Below, in pieces: positions 10,102-20,652 of a stretch of DNA of 64,000 bases. The stretch comes from Candidatus Omnitrophota bacterium (lineage in GTDB: Bacteria; Omnitrophota; Gorgyraeia; Zapsychrales; Aceulaceae). Each line of letters begins with the position of its first letter. Within the stretch, counting starts at the first letter, position 1. Below the pieces are notes generated by a model. The model did not search any database and was not told the origin of the DNA. It worked only from the letters and a program-made list of their open reading frames with translations. Both the position numbers and the translations under genes were made by a program. The stretch lies in NCBI GenBank assembly GCA_029564765.1, contig JAKQPK010000013.1:219164-283163 (forward strand), in the 5' to 3' direction.

Positions 10102-10335
10102 ATGGGAAAGATATCGTTAGTTCAGATGAAGGGAAATCAAAAAGGCAAGATCCATGATATTGTCGGTGGTGAAACCCTGCATCAAAAACTTGCGCATATT
10201 GGCGTGTATAAAGGCAGAGAGATCTTGAAGGTAAATCATGTCGGTCTGCGAGGGCCTGTTGTTATTAAGGTAGGCAGAGGTATTCTCGCCTTAGGTCACA
10301 CGATCGCCACAAAGATCTTAGTGGATGTAGAATGA
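10102..10335 (+). CDS. feoA: Ferrous iron transport protein A
   Basis: Small SH3-like FeoA pattern (KLAHIGVYKG...GPVVIKVG...ALG), directly upstream of feoB. Confidence 0.9.
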   Translation: MGKISLVQMKGNQKGKIHDIVGGETLHQKLAHIGVYKGREILKVNHVGLRGPVVIKVGRGILALGHTIATKILVDVE

Positions 10336-12062
10336 TCAAAAAAGTTTATCTGATCGGGAATCCCAATGTTGGCAAGAGCGCGGTTTTTTCAAGGCTGACC
10401 GGTGTTCATGTCATGTCTTCGAATTATCCGGGGACAACCGTTGAGATCAGCCGCGGCTTGCTGACCGTAGGCGAGCAGCGAGTGGATGTTGTTGATCTTC
10501 CCGGGACATATTCCCTGGAGCCGACATCGCGTGCGGAAGAAGTCGCGGTGTCTTTGTTGAATGAACATCCCCAGAATGAGATCGCGGTCGTGAATATTCT
10601 AGACGCGACCAATCTTGAGCGTAATCTGTTCTTGACGCTTCAGCTTCTGGAAAAGGGATTTTCCGTGATCGTTTGCCTGAACATGTGCGATGACGCGGTA
10701 CACCGAGGAGTACATATTGACACGCGCAAATTAGAAGATATTCTACAGGTTCCGGTTGTCGCGACGTGCGCGATCGCTGGTACCGGCATTAAAGATCTGG
10801 TGGCAAGGATCGTCGAGACCGCAGCCCGTCCACGCGTCTCCTTGAATTTTCAGGATCGATGGGCGGAGATCGGCAGGATCGTCGAGAACGTTCAGCGCTT
10901 AGAGCATCGGCATCATACTCTTCGCGAAATGCTTGAAGATGCGTCAGTCAAGCCTTTGACCGGCCTTGTGATGGCGGGGGCTGTTATCTATGCGTCATTT
11001 AAGGTCGTGCGTTTTATCGGTGAAGGCATCATTACTTACATCACGGACCCATTTTTTATCAATATCTATCAACCTTTGCTGGAAAAAATGACAAGCGGCT
11101 GGCAGCCGGGGAGTTTTCTTTTTCATCTTCTCATCGGTGATTTGATCGATGGGGGGATCGATTTTAAACAATCTTTGGGTGTTCTGACAACCGCGCCGTA
11201 TATCGAGTTTGGCATGGTCTTGCCCTATGTCATCGCGTTCTATCTGATCTTAAGTCTTTTGGAGGATGTTGGCTATTTGCCGCGGTTGGCCATATTGCTG
11301 GATAATCTTTTGCACCGATTAGGGCTGCATGGATACGCGGTTATTCCGGTATTGCTGGGTTTTGGCTGTAATGTGCCAGGCATTCTATCGACGCGCGTCC
11401 TTGAATCAAAAAGAGAAAGGTTCATCGCGGCGACTTTGATCTCGATCGGAGTTCCTTGTGTTCCTTTGCAGGCCATGATCTTTGGACTTTTAGGTGTTTT
11501 TGGCGGATTCTACGTTGCTGGCGTTTACCTTGTCCTTTTTTCTTTGATCATTATCTTGGGGCTCATCCTGAATCGCTTGATGCCGGGATATAGCCCTGAA
11601 TTCTTGCTGGAGATCCCGCCATACCGATTTCCGCCGCTATGGATGCTCGCGCAAAAATTATACTTTCGCATCAAAGGCTTTATCGTTGAGGCGGTTCCTG
11701 TCGTGCTGATCGGCGTCTTTATTATTAACATCCTTTTGTTCGTCCAGGCATTTGATCTTGCGGCAGGGATCTTCGCGCCGATCGTTCATGGACTTTTTGG
11801 CCTGCCTCAAGAATCCATCATCGCTCTTGTGATTGGGTTTTTCCGCAAAGACGTTGCTGTAGGGTTGTTAATGCCGCTAGATCTTTCCGCCAAGCAGCTT
11901 TTTATTGCGTCGACACTTTTAGCGATATCTTTTCCATGCGTGGCAACGTTTATCGTTCTGTGGAAAGAGCTTGGAGTCAAAGATGTCATCAAAGCAACGC
12001 TTTTAATGATCGGCGTCAGCCTGATCGTCGGAACGTTGTTAAATTTTGTTATCCTTTCCTAA
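10332..12062 (+). CDS. feoB: Ferrous iron transport protein B (GTPase plus membrane gate domains)
   Basis: GNPNVGKS, NYPGTTVE, DLPGTYSL, ATNLERNL, LEDVGYLPRLA, GFGCNVP, EIPPYRFP. Confidence 0.96.
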   Translation: MIKKVYLIGNPNVGKSAVFSRLTGVHVMSSNYPGTTVEISRGLLTVGEQRVDVVDLPGTYSLEPTSRAEEVAVSLLNEHPQNEIAVVNILDATNLERNLFLTLQLLEKGFSVIVCLNMCDDAVHRGVHIDTRKLEDILQVPVVATCAIAGTGIKDLVARIVETAARPRVSLNFQDRWAEIGRIVENVQRLEHRHHTLREMLEDASVKPLTGLVMAGAVIYASFKVVRFIGEGIITYITDPFFINIYQPLLEKMTSGWQPGSFLFHLLIGDLIDGGIDFKQSLGVLTTAPYIEFGMVLPYVIAFYLILSLLEDVGYLPRLAILLDNLLHRLGLHGYAVIPVLLGFGCNVPGILSTRVLESKRERFIAATLISIGVPCVPLQAMIFGLLGVFGGFYVAGVYLVLFSLIIILGLILNRLMPGYSPEFLLEIPPYRFPPLWMLAQKLYFRIKGFIVEAVPVVLIGVFIINILLFVQAFDLAAGIFAPIVHGLFGLPQESIIALVIGFFRKDVAVGLLMPLDLSAKQLFIASTLLAISFPCVATFIVLWKELGVKDVIKATLLMIGVSLIVGTLLNFVILS

Positions 12063-13198
12063 TGATAACCCGCTTGATCTGCGCAGAGTGCCCTAACGGA
12101 TGCAATCTTTCTTTAGAGTGGAAAGATGCTGTTTCCGTTGTCGTTAGCGATAATCAATGCAGCCGCGGCATTGGATACGCGGCGCGCATACTTTGCAGAG
12201 AGAAAGATGTTCACATCGAAGCCAAAGAAAAGACAGCCCATTTTAGCCAAGAAGCGATCGCTGAGATCCTGAAAAGCTGGAACATCCCTCTTTCTCGGGT
12301 GCGTTACGATATCCCGATCCAAGGAAGCCCTGAGCGCAGTCTTTTTCGGGTCGTGATCGAGAATGCCGATAAAGAACTTTTTGTCCTTGAGCAGATCGCT
12401 ATTAAAAATCTTGATGCTAGGCGTCGGATCGCTAAGACCCTTGATCTTTTAAGCCAGAAAAAGATCTCCCAGCTTAATCCTTATTTGAAGAATATTTCTC
12501 AGGAGCATTTAACGCAGCACAGGGCGACATTCTGGCAGGTGGCTCCTTTTGTTCAGGGGGTCGCGCTTGAAAGAGAAAAGTATATGCTCGACAGCTGGCG
12601 GGGAAAAGCGCTGGCTGAGTTCTTGATCGATTTGCGACAGGCGGGTGAGATCCCATTTTTTAACACGAAGAAAGTTTTTTCTCTTAAAAGTTATATCCAT
12701 AAATTGGTCCGCAATATCGCAACATATAAAGGTGATGTTCTTTCTGATGTCAAGGATATCGTTGATCTTCTGGAAAAAGATTTTCTGACCCAGGATGAAA
12801 GACTGCCAATCGTTTTTTGTCACGGCGATTATCATCCAATGAACATGATTTGGGGCAATGACCGAATCGCGTGTGTCATTGATTGGGAATTCTCCGGATA
12901 TAAGAACGAAATTTATGATATGGCAAACCTGATCGGGTGTGTGGGTGTTGAAAACCCTCAAGGCTTGTCCGCAGGGCTTGTGATGTCTTTTGTCCGGAGA
13001 ATGCAAGAAGTGAGGATCATTTCTGCGGCTGGCTGGCATTATCTAGTTGATTGCGTTCTTGCCCTTCGATTCGCATGGCTGTCTGAGTGGCTGCGTCGTA
13101 GTGATAAAGAGATGACCGATCTTGAGCTTGATTATATGCATCTGTTGATAGAGAATAGAGAAGACCTAAAAAAGTATTGGGATGTTAAAGGAGCTTGA
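12062..13198 (+). CDS. Fusion of a DUF1667-like Cys-rich domain and an APH/homoserine-kinase type II phosphotransferase
   Basis: ATG at 12062 overlaps the feoB stop (TAATG); N-terminal CAECPNGC...NQCSRG; kinase motifs CHGDYHPMN and IDWEF. Confidence 0.8.
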   Translation: MITRLICAECPNGCNLSLEWKDAVSVVVSDNQCSRGIGYAARILCREKDVHIEAKEKTAHFSQEAIAEILKSWNIPLSRVRYDIPIQGSPERSLFRVVIENADKELFVLEQIAIKNLDARRRIAKTLDLLSQKKISQLNPYLKNISQEHLTQHRATFWQVAPFVQGVALEREKYMLDSWRGKALAEFLIDLRQAGEIPFFNTKKVFSLKSYIHKLVRNIATYKGDVLSDVKDIVDLLEKDFLTQDERLPIVFCHGDYHPMNMIWGNDRIACVIDWEFSGYKNEIYDMANLIGCVGVENPQGLSAGLVMSFVRRMQEVRIISAAGWHYLVDCVLALRFAWLSEWLRRSDKEMTDLELDYMHLLIENREDLKKYWDVKGA

Positions 13199-13199
13199 C

Positions 13200-14294
13200 G
13201 TGATCCAGTGTCGGATAATAGCGCAAAAGTTTTTTATGGGAATGATGATCGTGGGGGTGTTTATGGCTCAGGTAGTATTTGCGCAGAATGAAAAAGCGAC
13301 TGCAACTTTTGCTGGCGGGTGCTTTTGGTGTACAGAGCAAGCGTTTAGCGGCTTAAGGGGCGTTGTGTCAGTAATATCAGGCTACACAGGAGGGGCCTTG
13401 CAGGATCCCTCCTACGAGCAGGTTTCCAGCGGACGGACGGGTCATCGTGAAGCGGTCGAGATCGTTTTTGACCCTTCTCAGGTTGGCTACGCTCAGCTGC
13501 TGGATGTTTTCTTGAAGAGCATTGATCCGACGGATCGCGTGGGTCAGTTTGCAGATAAAGGGGACCAATACAAAGCCGTGATCTTTTATCATGACGAAGA
13601 GCAGAAAATGATGGCTGAAAGCGCTTTGAAAGCTTTGGAAGACATGAAGATCTTTTCAAAGCCTATCGTGGTCGATGTTTTGCCTGCGCGGAGATTTTAT
13701 CCAGCTGAAGAATATCATCAGGATTACTACCAAAAAAACGCTACGCACTACAATGCGTACAAAAAAGGTTCAGGACGAGAAAGTTTTTTGAGAAAAACTT
13801 GGGGTGACCGAGAGGACATTCCTATTTGCCCGATCCGTCCAAGATCCAAGACCATTCCTGCGCAACCAATCAAAGAAGGCCTAAAAGAGAAGCTCACGCC
13901 TGAGCAGTATCGCGTCACGCAAGAGTGCGGGACAGAAACACCGTTTGCCAACGCGTATTGGGACAATAAAAAACCAGGGATCTATGTGGATATTGTTTCC
14001 GGAGAGCCTCTTTTTCTTTCGCTCGATAAATTTGATTCCGGCACTGGATGGCCGAGCTTTTCTAAGCCGGTTGATCCGTCTAACATCGTCGAGAGAAAGG
14101 ATGTTTCGCATGGAATGGTTCGCACTGAGGTTCGCAGTAAAAAAGGGAATTCGCATTTAGGCCATGTGTTCGAGGATGGGCCAGGACCTTCGGGTTTGCG
14201 GTTTTGCATCAACTCTGCCGCCTTGCGGTTTATCCCTAAAAATGATATGGAAGCCCAAGGATATGGCGAGTATTTAAAATATTTTAAGGATTGA
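13200..14294 (+). CDS. msrAB: Bifunctional peptide-methionine sulfoxide reductase MsrA/MsrB with export signal
   Basis: [17 protein letters not shown] (MsrA); [26 protein letters not shown] (MsrB); GTG at 13200 after AAGGAG. Confidence 0.95.
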   Translation: MIQCRIIAQKFFMGMMIVGVFMAQVVFAQNEKATATFAGGCFWCTEQAFSGLRGVVSVISGYTGGALQDPSYEQVSSGRTGHREAVEIVFDPSQVGYAQLLDVFLKSIDPTDRVGQFADKGDQYKAVIFYHDEEQKMMAESALKALEDMKIFSKPIVVDVLPARRFYPAEEYHQDYYQKNATHYNAYKKGSGRESFLRKTWGDREDIPICPIRPRSKTIPAQPIKEGLKEKLTPEQYRVTQECGTETPFANAYWDNKKPGIYVDIVSGEPLFLSLDKFDSGTGWPSFSKPVDPSNIVERKDVSHGMVRTEVRSKKGNSHLGHVFEDGPGPSGLRFCINSAALRFIPKNDMEAQGYGEYLKYFKD

Positions 14295-14297
14295 TGT

Positions 14298-14609
14298 ATG
14301 AAAAAAAGGGCTATCAAGAAAGCCAAGAAGAGAGTTAATAAAAAAACACAAGGCGACTGGAAGGTCTACATCCTTGAAACGGATAAAGATCAGCTGTATA
14401 CTGGCATCACGAATAATCTCGAGAAGCGGCTTGCTACGCATAAAAAAGGAAAAGGGGCTTTGTTCACAAAATTTTTTGGCGTTAAGGCGCTTTTGTACGC
14501 GGAAGACCAGCCAACCCGATCGGCAGCGCTTAAGCGTGAGCATGAGATCAAGACCTGGCCTCGGGCCAAGAAACTTGAATTGATCCAAACACATAAAGAA
14601 GGGGAATGA
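14298..14609 (+). CDS. GIY-YIG nuclease family protein (YhbQ/YazA-like)
   Basis: VYILE...LYTGIT..LEKRL..H..GKGA.FT, ALKREHEIK; Lys-rich N-terminal extension. Confidence 0.9.
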   Translation: MKKRAIKKAKKRVNKKTQGDWKVYILETDKDQLYTGITNNLEKRLATHKKGKGALFTKFFGVKALLYAEDQPTRSAALKREHEIKTWPRAKKLELIQTHKEGE

Positions 14610-14610
14610 T

Positions 14611-14817
14611 ATGCCTGTTGTGACCATTGAAGGGCCGAAACTTGATCTTGAAACCAAAAGAGTCCTCGTCAAGGATGTTACCGACGCGCTTGAAAAGGCG
14701 TATCGATTTCCGCGCCACGTGTATGGTATTATCATCCGCGAGAATGCTCCTGAGAATGTCGCTAACGGCGGGGAGCTGGTCCTTGATCGTAAGAATCGCC
14801 AGAAAACGTCTGCCTAA
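14611..14817 (+). CDS. 4-oxalocrotonate tautomerase family protein (DmpI-like)
   Basis: N-terminal catalytic Pro (MPVVTIEG), I.EN..ENV..GG. Confidence 0.88.
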   Translation: MPVVTIEGPKLDLETKRVLVKDVTDALEKAYRFPRHVYGIIIRENAPENVANGGELVLDRKNRQKTSA

Positions 14818-14855
14818 TTATTAGGCAATCTCAGCGGAAAATTGATTTTTAAAGC

Positions 14856-14883
14856 TTGTGCGAAAAAAAGTTTATGCTACAAT
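14856..14883 (+). promoter_or_regulatory. Probable carB promoter (extended -10)
   Basis: TTGTGC, 16 nt, TG-n-TACAAT (14878-83). Confidence 0.45.
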
Positions 14884-14997
14884 GGCTTAAATTATTTGGA
14901 GCATAAAGATTGAGCGTCGTTAAACCTTCCCAAGTTCTGTCCGCTGTCCTTTACCCGAAGATATTCTTTTTTCATTTTTTAAACCAAAGGGGTTACC

Positions 14998-17900
14998 ATG
15001 CCAAGACACAATGATATCAAAAAGATCTTAATTATCGGTTCCGGCCCTATCATTATCGGCCAGGCTTGTGAGTTTGACTATTCAGGAACGCAGGCCTGTA
15101 AGGCTCTTAAAAAAGAAGGGTATGAAGTTGTCCTGGTCAATTCTAATCCGGCGACGATCATGACGGACCCGGGCATGGCGGATAAAACCTATATCGAGCC
15201 TTTAACGATCGAATCGCTGGAAAAGATCATTGCTAAGGAACGGCCGGACGCGCTTTTGCCTAATCTTGGCGGCCAGACAGGTTTAAATCTTTCTTCCAGC
15301 TTGCATAAAGCTGGCATCCTTGAGAAATACGGTGTTAAGATCATCGGCGTCAAAGCGGATGCCATCGAGCGCGGTGAAGATCGGGATATTTTTAAAGCGA
15401 CTATGAAAAAGCTCGGCATTCCTGTGCCTCGTTCAGAGATCGCGGAATCCGTGGAGCAGGCGGAAAAGATCGCTCAAGATATCGGCTATCCGGTCGTTGT
15501 TCGCCCAGCCTACACGATGGGCGGAACAGGCGGGGGTATCGTTTATAATGTTGAAGAATTGCGTACCGTGGCTTTGCGAGGGCTGACGGTCAGCATCGCC
15601 CGGCAGATCTTGATCGAGGAAGCGGTTGTTGGATGGGAAGAGCTTGAGCTGGAAGTTGTCCGCGATGAAAAGGATCAGAAGATCACAGTGTGTTTTATTG
15701 AGAATATTGACGCGATGGGCGTGCATACAGGGGATAGTTTTTGCGCAGCGCCGATGTTGACAGTTCCAGTTGAGCTGCAAAAGAAACTTCAAGATTTCTC
15801 TTATAAGATCGTTGACGCGATCGGGGTTGTGGGCGGGACGAACGTGCAGTTCGCGCACAACAAAAAAGATGGCCGCGTGGTCGTTATTGAGATCAATCCT
15901 CGCACGTCACGCTCCTCCGCCTTGGCCTCAAAGGCGACAGGGTTTCCGATCGCGATGGTGTCGACGCGTTTGGCGGCCGGATTTACGATGGATGAGATCC
16001 CATATTGGCGTGATGGAACTTTAGAAAAATATACGCCCAGCGGAGAGTACGTTGTTATCAAATTTGCCCGGTGGGCTTTTGAAAAATTTCCTCAGGCTAA
16101 GGATGTCTTGGGAACACAGATGAAAGCTGTGGGAGAGGTCATGAGCATTGGCAAGACCTTTAAGGAGGCTTTCCAGAAAGCGATCCGCTCTTTGGAGATC
16201 GGGCGCCATGGATTAGGCGGCGCGAAGAATTTCGGATCATTGTCTTTGCAAGAACTGAAGGAACGCCTGCGTGTTCCGTCAAGCGAGCGTATCTTTTTGA
16301 TGTATGAAGCCTTACGCAAAGGGATGAGCGTTACCGATCTGCATGCGATGACGCATATCGGTGAGTGGTTCATTCAGCAGATGAAAGATCTTGTTGACCT
16401 CGAAGAGATGATGTTAAAAACGCCTTGGGAGAAATTTTCCGACCAAGACCTTGTCAAGGCGAAAGAGTGGGGCTTTGCTGATCGCTATTTGGCTGGATTG
16501 TTCAAGATCAAGGAAAAGGATGTGCGCGTCCGGCGTGTTGGGTTAGGCAAGATCGCCCGTTATGAAGCGGTCCACGTCAGCGGCGTTGAGAATGCGGCGT
16601 ATTATTATTCGACATATAGCGCAGGCCCAGACGAGGTCAAGGTTTCCGGTAAAAAGAAGATCATGATCTTAGGCGGTGGGCCCAATCGTATCGGGCAGGG
16701 GATCGAGTTCGATTATACCTGTGTGCACGCGGCCTTCGCGCTGCGCGAAGCTGGATATGAAACGATCATGGTCAACTGCAACCCTGAAACCGTTTCTACG
16801 GATTACGATACATCGGATAAGCTTTATTTTGAACCTTTGACGGTCGAAGATGTTCTGGCGATCTATGAAAAAGAAAAGCCTGAGGGCGTGATCGTTCAGT
16901 TTGGCGGGCAAACGCCGTTGAATATCGCGGCTCAACTGAAAGAGCATGGCGTTAACATTTTAGGTACAACGCCGGAGAGTATCGCGTTCGCGGAGGACCG
17001 TGAACTTTTTCGCCAGAAAATGATCGACCTTAAGATCCCTCAGCCGGAAAGTGATATCGCCCGTTCGCTGGAAGACGCGCTTTCGATCGCGCAGCGCATC
17101 GGCTATCCTTTGATGGTGAGGCCATCGTTTGTTTTAGGCGGGCGAGGTATGGAGATCATCTATGATGAGAAAATGCTGCGCAAATACGCCTTGGAAGCTA
17201 TTAAGGTCAGCCCTGAGCATCCGATGCTGATCGATCGTTTTTTAGAGCAGGCGTTAGAGTGCGAAGTTGACGCGCTGTGCGACGGGAAAGAAACATTTAT
17301 CCCAACGGTCATGGAGCACATTGAGTGGGCTGGCGTGCATTCTGGTGATTCCGCGTGTTCTATCCCCAGCCGCAATATCAGCGCTAAACATATTGAAGAT
17401 ATCAATAGGTACACGGATCTGTTAGCGCGCGCGTTGAATGTGATCGGTATCATTAACGTTCAATACGCTATTTGTGATGATAAAGTGTATGTCTTGGAGG
17501 CGAATCCGCGGGCATCACGCACTGTGCCGATCGTTTCCAAGGTCATGGGTATCCCGATCGCGCGTTTAGCCACATTTTTGATGCTGGGACGGGCGCTAAA
17601 GGATTTTCCTCAGACCAAGAACGCCAAGGCACCATTCTTTGGTGTTAAAGAAGCGGTATTTCCTTTTAATATGTTCCCAGAAGTAGACCCTTTGCTAGGC
17701 CCAGAAATGCGCGCGACCGGCGAGGTCATGGGTATCGGTGATACCTTTGGCGCGGCCTTTTATAAAGCGCAAGAGGCGACAGGGGCCAAGTTGCCTTTGG
17801 AGGGAAATGTATTGCTGACGGTCGCGGATAAAGATAAGAAAATGTTGCTGCCAATCGCGCAAAAGATCCACCAGGCAGGATTAAAGATTTATGCCACTAA

Positions 17901-18201
17901 AGGAACAAATGAGCTTTTGACCAAGAACAAGATCCCGAATGTGCTGATCCAGAAGGTGCATGAAGGTCAGCCCAATATTGCGGATGCCATTAAGAATAAT
18001 CAGCTGCAGCTTATTATTAATACGCCGGCAGGTAGGGATAGCAAATTTGATGACAGTTATATTCGCATGATGGCAATTCAGCGCAAGATCCCTTATGTAA
18101 CGTCTATGGCTGCCGCGCAAGCGACTGTTGACGGGATCGCGGCGATGCGGCAGGGTCAAAACGCGCCCAAAGCGCTTCAGGAATACCATCAGGCATCGTA
18201 A
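14998..18201 (+). CDS. carB: Carbamoyl-phosphate synthase large subunit
   Basis: IGSGPIIIGQACEFDYSG, GGGPNRIGQGIEFDY, two ATP-grasp repeats, C-terminal MGS-like domain. Confidence 0.98.
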   Translation: MPRHNDIKKILIIGSGPIIIGQACEFDYSGTQACKALKKEGYEVVLVNSNPATIMTDPGMADKTYIEPLTIESLEKIIAKERPDALLPNLGGQTGLNLSSSLHKAGILEKYGVKIIGVKADAIERGEDRDIFKATMKKLGIPVPRSEIAESVEQAEKIAQDIGYPVVVRPAYTMGGTGGGIVYNVEELRTVALRGLTVSIARQILIEEAVVGWEELELEVVRDEKDQKITVCFIENIDAMGVHTGDSFCAAPMLTVPVELQKKLQDFSYKIVDAIGVVGGTNVQFAHNKKDGRVVVIEINPRTSRSSALASKATGFPIAMVSTRLAAGFTMDEIPYWRDGTLEKYTPSGEYVVIKFARWAFEKFPQAKDVLGTQMKAVGEVMSIGKTFKEAFQKAIRSLEIGRHGLGGAKNFGSLSLQELKERLRVPSSERIFLMYEALRKGMSVTDLHAMTHIGEWFIQQMKDLVDLEEMMLKTPWEKFSDQDLVKAKEWGFADRYLAGLFKIKEKDVRVRRVGLGKIARYEAVHVSGVENAAYYYSTYSAGPDEVKVSGKKKIMILGGGPNRIGQGIEFDYTCVHAAFALREAGYETIMVNCNPETVSTDYDTSDKLYFEPLTVEDVLAIYEKEKPEGVIVQFGGQTPLNIAAQLKEHGVNILGTTPESIAFAEDRELFRQKMIDLKIPQPESDIARSLEDALSIAQRIGYPLMVRPSFVLGGRGMEIIYDEKMLRKYALEAIKVSPEHPMLIDRFLEQALECEVDALCDGKETFIPTVMEHIEWAGVHSGDSACSIPSRNISAKHIEDINRYTDLLARALNVIGIINVQYAICDDKVYVLEANPRASRTVPIVSKVMGIPIARLATFLMLGRALKDFPQTKNAKAPFFGVKEAVFPFNMFPEVDPLLGPEMRATGEVMGIGDTFGAAFYKAQEATGAKLPLEGNVLLTVADKDKKMLLPIAQKIHQAGLKIYATKGTNELLTKNKIPNVLIQKVHEGQPNIADAIKNNQLQLIINTPAGRDSKFDDSYIRMMAIQRKIPYVTSMAAAQATVDGIAAMRQGQNAPKALQEYHQAS

Positions 18202-18222
18202 TCTTTTATTAAGGAGGATGAT

Positions 18223-18825
18223 ATGGCGGTAACGATCTTTATTGCGATCATATTTTTAGCGGTTGTGTTGTTTATCTTTCTCGGATTTCCGATGTGGATG
18301 ATCGTTGATTGCGCGATAGCGTCATCCCGCAAGAATCTTTCCAAGGCTTTGTGGATCGTTTCGATGCTGTTGACTTGGACTCTGGGTGCGATCATCTACG
18401 GATTGTTCGCGTCACGAAAAAAAGCGGCACAATGGACCGCCGGAGCTGTCCTTGCTGTCGGAGTTTTAGGTATTGTTCTTTTTGTTCGTAGTCTTTTTTA
18501 TGTCGCGGACCTGGCAAGCCGTGAGGCGCTCAAAAGAGTTGAGGCGATCCAGGTGGGTGTGCTGACGCAAGAGGACCTTGACCAGCTGAAAACAAGATTG
18601 ACCATCCTTGCCAGGGAAAATCAGGATGGGCAGGGTATGGGCAGGATGCGCGCGTTCAAAGACACTTTAAAGAACATCACGATCACGCAGATCTTTTTAA
18701 AGATGCAGGAAGACGGCACTTTGACGCCAACAGAATATCAGATCTGGATAGAGAAATTTGATACACGAAAAACACAGGACCCCGATGAGCTGAAGGCGTT
18801 CTTGGACGCGAAGGGCTGGCAATAG
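18223..18825 (+). CDS. Membrane protein with a PLDc_N-like N-terminal hairpin
   Basis: AGGAGG RBS; WMIVDC...KALW...LGAIIY pattern; three TM segments and a soluble tail. Confidence 0.7.
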   Translation: MAVTIFIAIIFLAVVLFIFLGFPMWMIVDCAIASSRKNLSKALWIVSMLLTWTLGAIIYGLFASRKKAAQWTAGAVLAVGVLGIVLFVRSLFYVADLASREALKRVEAIQVGVLTQEDLDQLKTRLTILARENQDGQGMGRMRAFKDTLKNITITQIFLKMQEDGTLTPTEYQIWIEKFDTRKTQDPDELKAFLDAKGWQ

Positions 18826-18841
18826 AAAACAAAGAGACTTA

Positions 18842-18880
18842 AGGGCCCCGCAGGATCTCTGCGGGGCCCTTTTTCTTTTT
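18842..18880 (+). terminator. Rho-independent terminator
   Basis: AGGGCCCCGCAG-GATCT-CTGCGGGGCCCT stem followed by a T-tract. Confidence 0.88.
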
Positions 18881-18982
18881 CTGCTGGATTCTAGTACCAT
18901 ATCAGCTGGATCGCGTCAGGACGAGTAAAAGATAGACAGCGTCTTTTTTGTTTGTTAATATGCTTATATTCCAAAGACGCAT

Positions 18983-20635
18983 ATGAGCCATCCAAACACC
19001 TTTCTCGATATCGCGCTTTCGTCCCTGCCAAGGCTGTTATCATGCCTGGATCGCAACCCATTGTCTGCGCATTACGGATGTTTTGATAAGAATTATTGGC
19101 ATTATCGCATCGTTACAGATTTTCCGTCCGCGCCTTTTCAGGCAGGCGTTTATTCTCTGGCGCTTGCCTTCACGCATCCAGCGGACAACAATCCTTATTG
19201 CGATCGTTCTGTTATCAAAGAATATATTGAAGCTGGCTTGCGCTTTTGGGCCAAGCAACAGCACAAAGACGGCAGCTTTGATGAGTGGTACCGTTTTGAA
19301 AGAAGCCATGTCGCGACCGCCTTTACATCCCTTTACATCAGCGAAACCTTATTGATCTTAGATGACCGGCTTGATCCCGGTACGCGCGCGATCGCGATCA
19401 ACGCGCTTCGCAAGTCCTGCCAGTGGTTGTCCAAAAACCAGGACAAGGTTGTCTCCAACCATTCTGTTGGCGCCCTTGTCGCTTTGCAGAATTTCTTTCT
19501 TCTGGCCAATGAAGAGTTCGCCCGCGCAAGCGTTGACGCGCACCTGACCCTTTTAGAGCAGCTGCAAAGCAGTGAGGGATGGTTTGCTGAATACGGCGGG
19601 GCTGATCTAGGATATTTAAGTTTATCCCTTGAATTCCTGACGCGTTTTTATGCCAAGACCCAAGATCCGCGCGCCTTAAAAATGATCTCGCAGGCGCTAT
19701 CTTTTATGAAATATTTTGCCCATCCGGATCAAAGCTATGGCGGGGAGTACGGAGCACGCAATACCAAATACATTTTTCCATTTGGTTTAGTCCGGGCCGC
19801 GGATCATTTATCTGACGCCCAAGGCCTGCTCAGCGCTCTGCTAAGATCGCTCGCCAAGGGCCAGGCGATCACGCCATTGACCGCGGATGACCGCTATGCC
19901 ACATTTTTCTTTTTGCCCAGCTATCTTGATGCTGGATTCTCGCTTGAAGGAGAATTGCTTGATGTCCCAATGCTTAAGAGCTTTGAACAGCACTTTGAAG
20001 CCGCTGGAATTTTCAATAAAAAGAACATCTTATACCACGCGGTCATCAATTACAAAAAAAATGGCGTCAGCAAGATCTTTAGCGCCGACGGTCGGCAGAT
20101 GTTCTCTGACACAGGGTATGTTGCTCAGTTCTTTGATGGCACGGTCGCGGCCTCTCAGTGGCTTGACCCCAAGCGCTCCGTGAGTGTCGATAAGGAAAAC
20201 AATATCACGCGCATAAAGATCCGCTCACCATTTGCCTATACCAGTTTTCATCAAGATCTCGCTTTTTATTCTTTCGCGTTCAAGATCCTTGCGGGGATCA
20301 TTGGGCGCAGCGCTATGTTATCAGAAAAATTGGGGCGGCTGGTCAAACATCTGTTCATCAAAAAGATCAAGACATGTCCGATCATTTTAGAGCGCGAGAT
20401 GGTGATCAGCGAAGAAGGATTGACCGTGCGCGACCATATTGTGAACAGAACAGGCAAAAGACTCTCTAAATTCTTTTTAACATCAGACCTTTCGGTCATG
20501 CACGTGCCGTCATCCAAGCTTTTTGTCTTAGATGATCTGCGCGTGGAGCCCCGTAAGGATCTGGCCCAGGATTTTGATCGCCAGAGAACCGTTACCTGCG
20601 AATACAAGCATTATTTTAACACTGTCAAATTTTAA
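18983..20635 (+). CDS. Uncharacterised protein heading a glycan-modification cluster (predicted alpha/alpha barrel)
   Basis: 550-aa ORF; QQHKDGSFDEWY, EGWFAEYGGADLGY, HPDQSYGGEYGARNT repeats resemble QW-type barrel motifs. Confidence 0.7.
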   Translation: MSHPNTFLDIALSSLPRLLSCLDRNPLSAHYGCFDKNYWHYRIVTDFPSAPFQAGVYSLALAFTHPADNNPYCDRSVIKEYIEAGLRFWAKQQHKDGSFDEWYRFERSHVATAFTSLYISETLLILDDRLDPGTRAIAINALRKSCQWLSKNQDKVVSNHSVGALVALQNFFLLANEEFARASVDAHLTLLEQLQSSEGWFAEYGGADLGYLSLSLEFLTRFYAKTQDPRALKMISQALSFMKYFAHPDQSYGGEYGARNTKYIFPFGLVRAADHLSDAQGLLSALLRSLAKGQAITPLTADDRYATFFFLPSYLDAGFSLEGELLDVPMLKSFEQHFEAAGIFNKKNILYHAVINYKKNGVSKIFSADGRQMFSDTGYVAQFFDGTVAASQWLDPKRSVSVDKENNITRIKIRSPFAYTSFHQDLAFYSFAFKILAGIIGRSAMLSEKLGRLVKHLFIKKIKTCPIILEREMVISEEGLTVRDHIVNRTGKRLSKFFLTSDLSVMHVPSSKLFVLDDLRVEPRKDLAQDFDRQRTVTCEYKHYFNTVKF

Positions 20636-20652
20636 CGTATCAATTAAAGCTT

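Noticed and set aside
11936-12061. Longer start for the kinase fusion
   Set aside because: Overlaps feoB by 126 nt; ATG 12062 gives a TAATG coupling.
14298-14609. GIY-YIG protein as a homing endonuclease or mobile element
   Set aside because: Short YhbQ/YazA-type protein with no intron context or DNA-binding extension.
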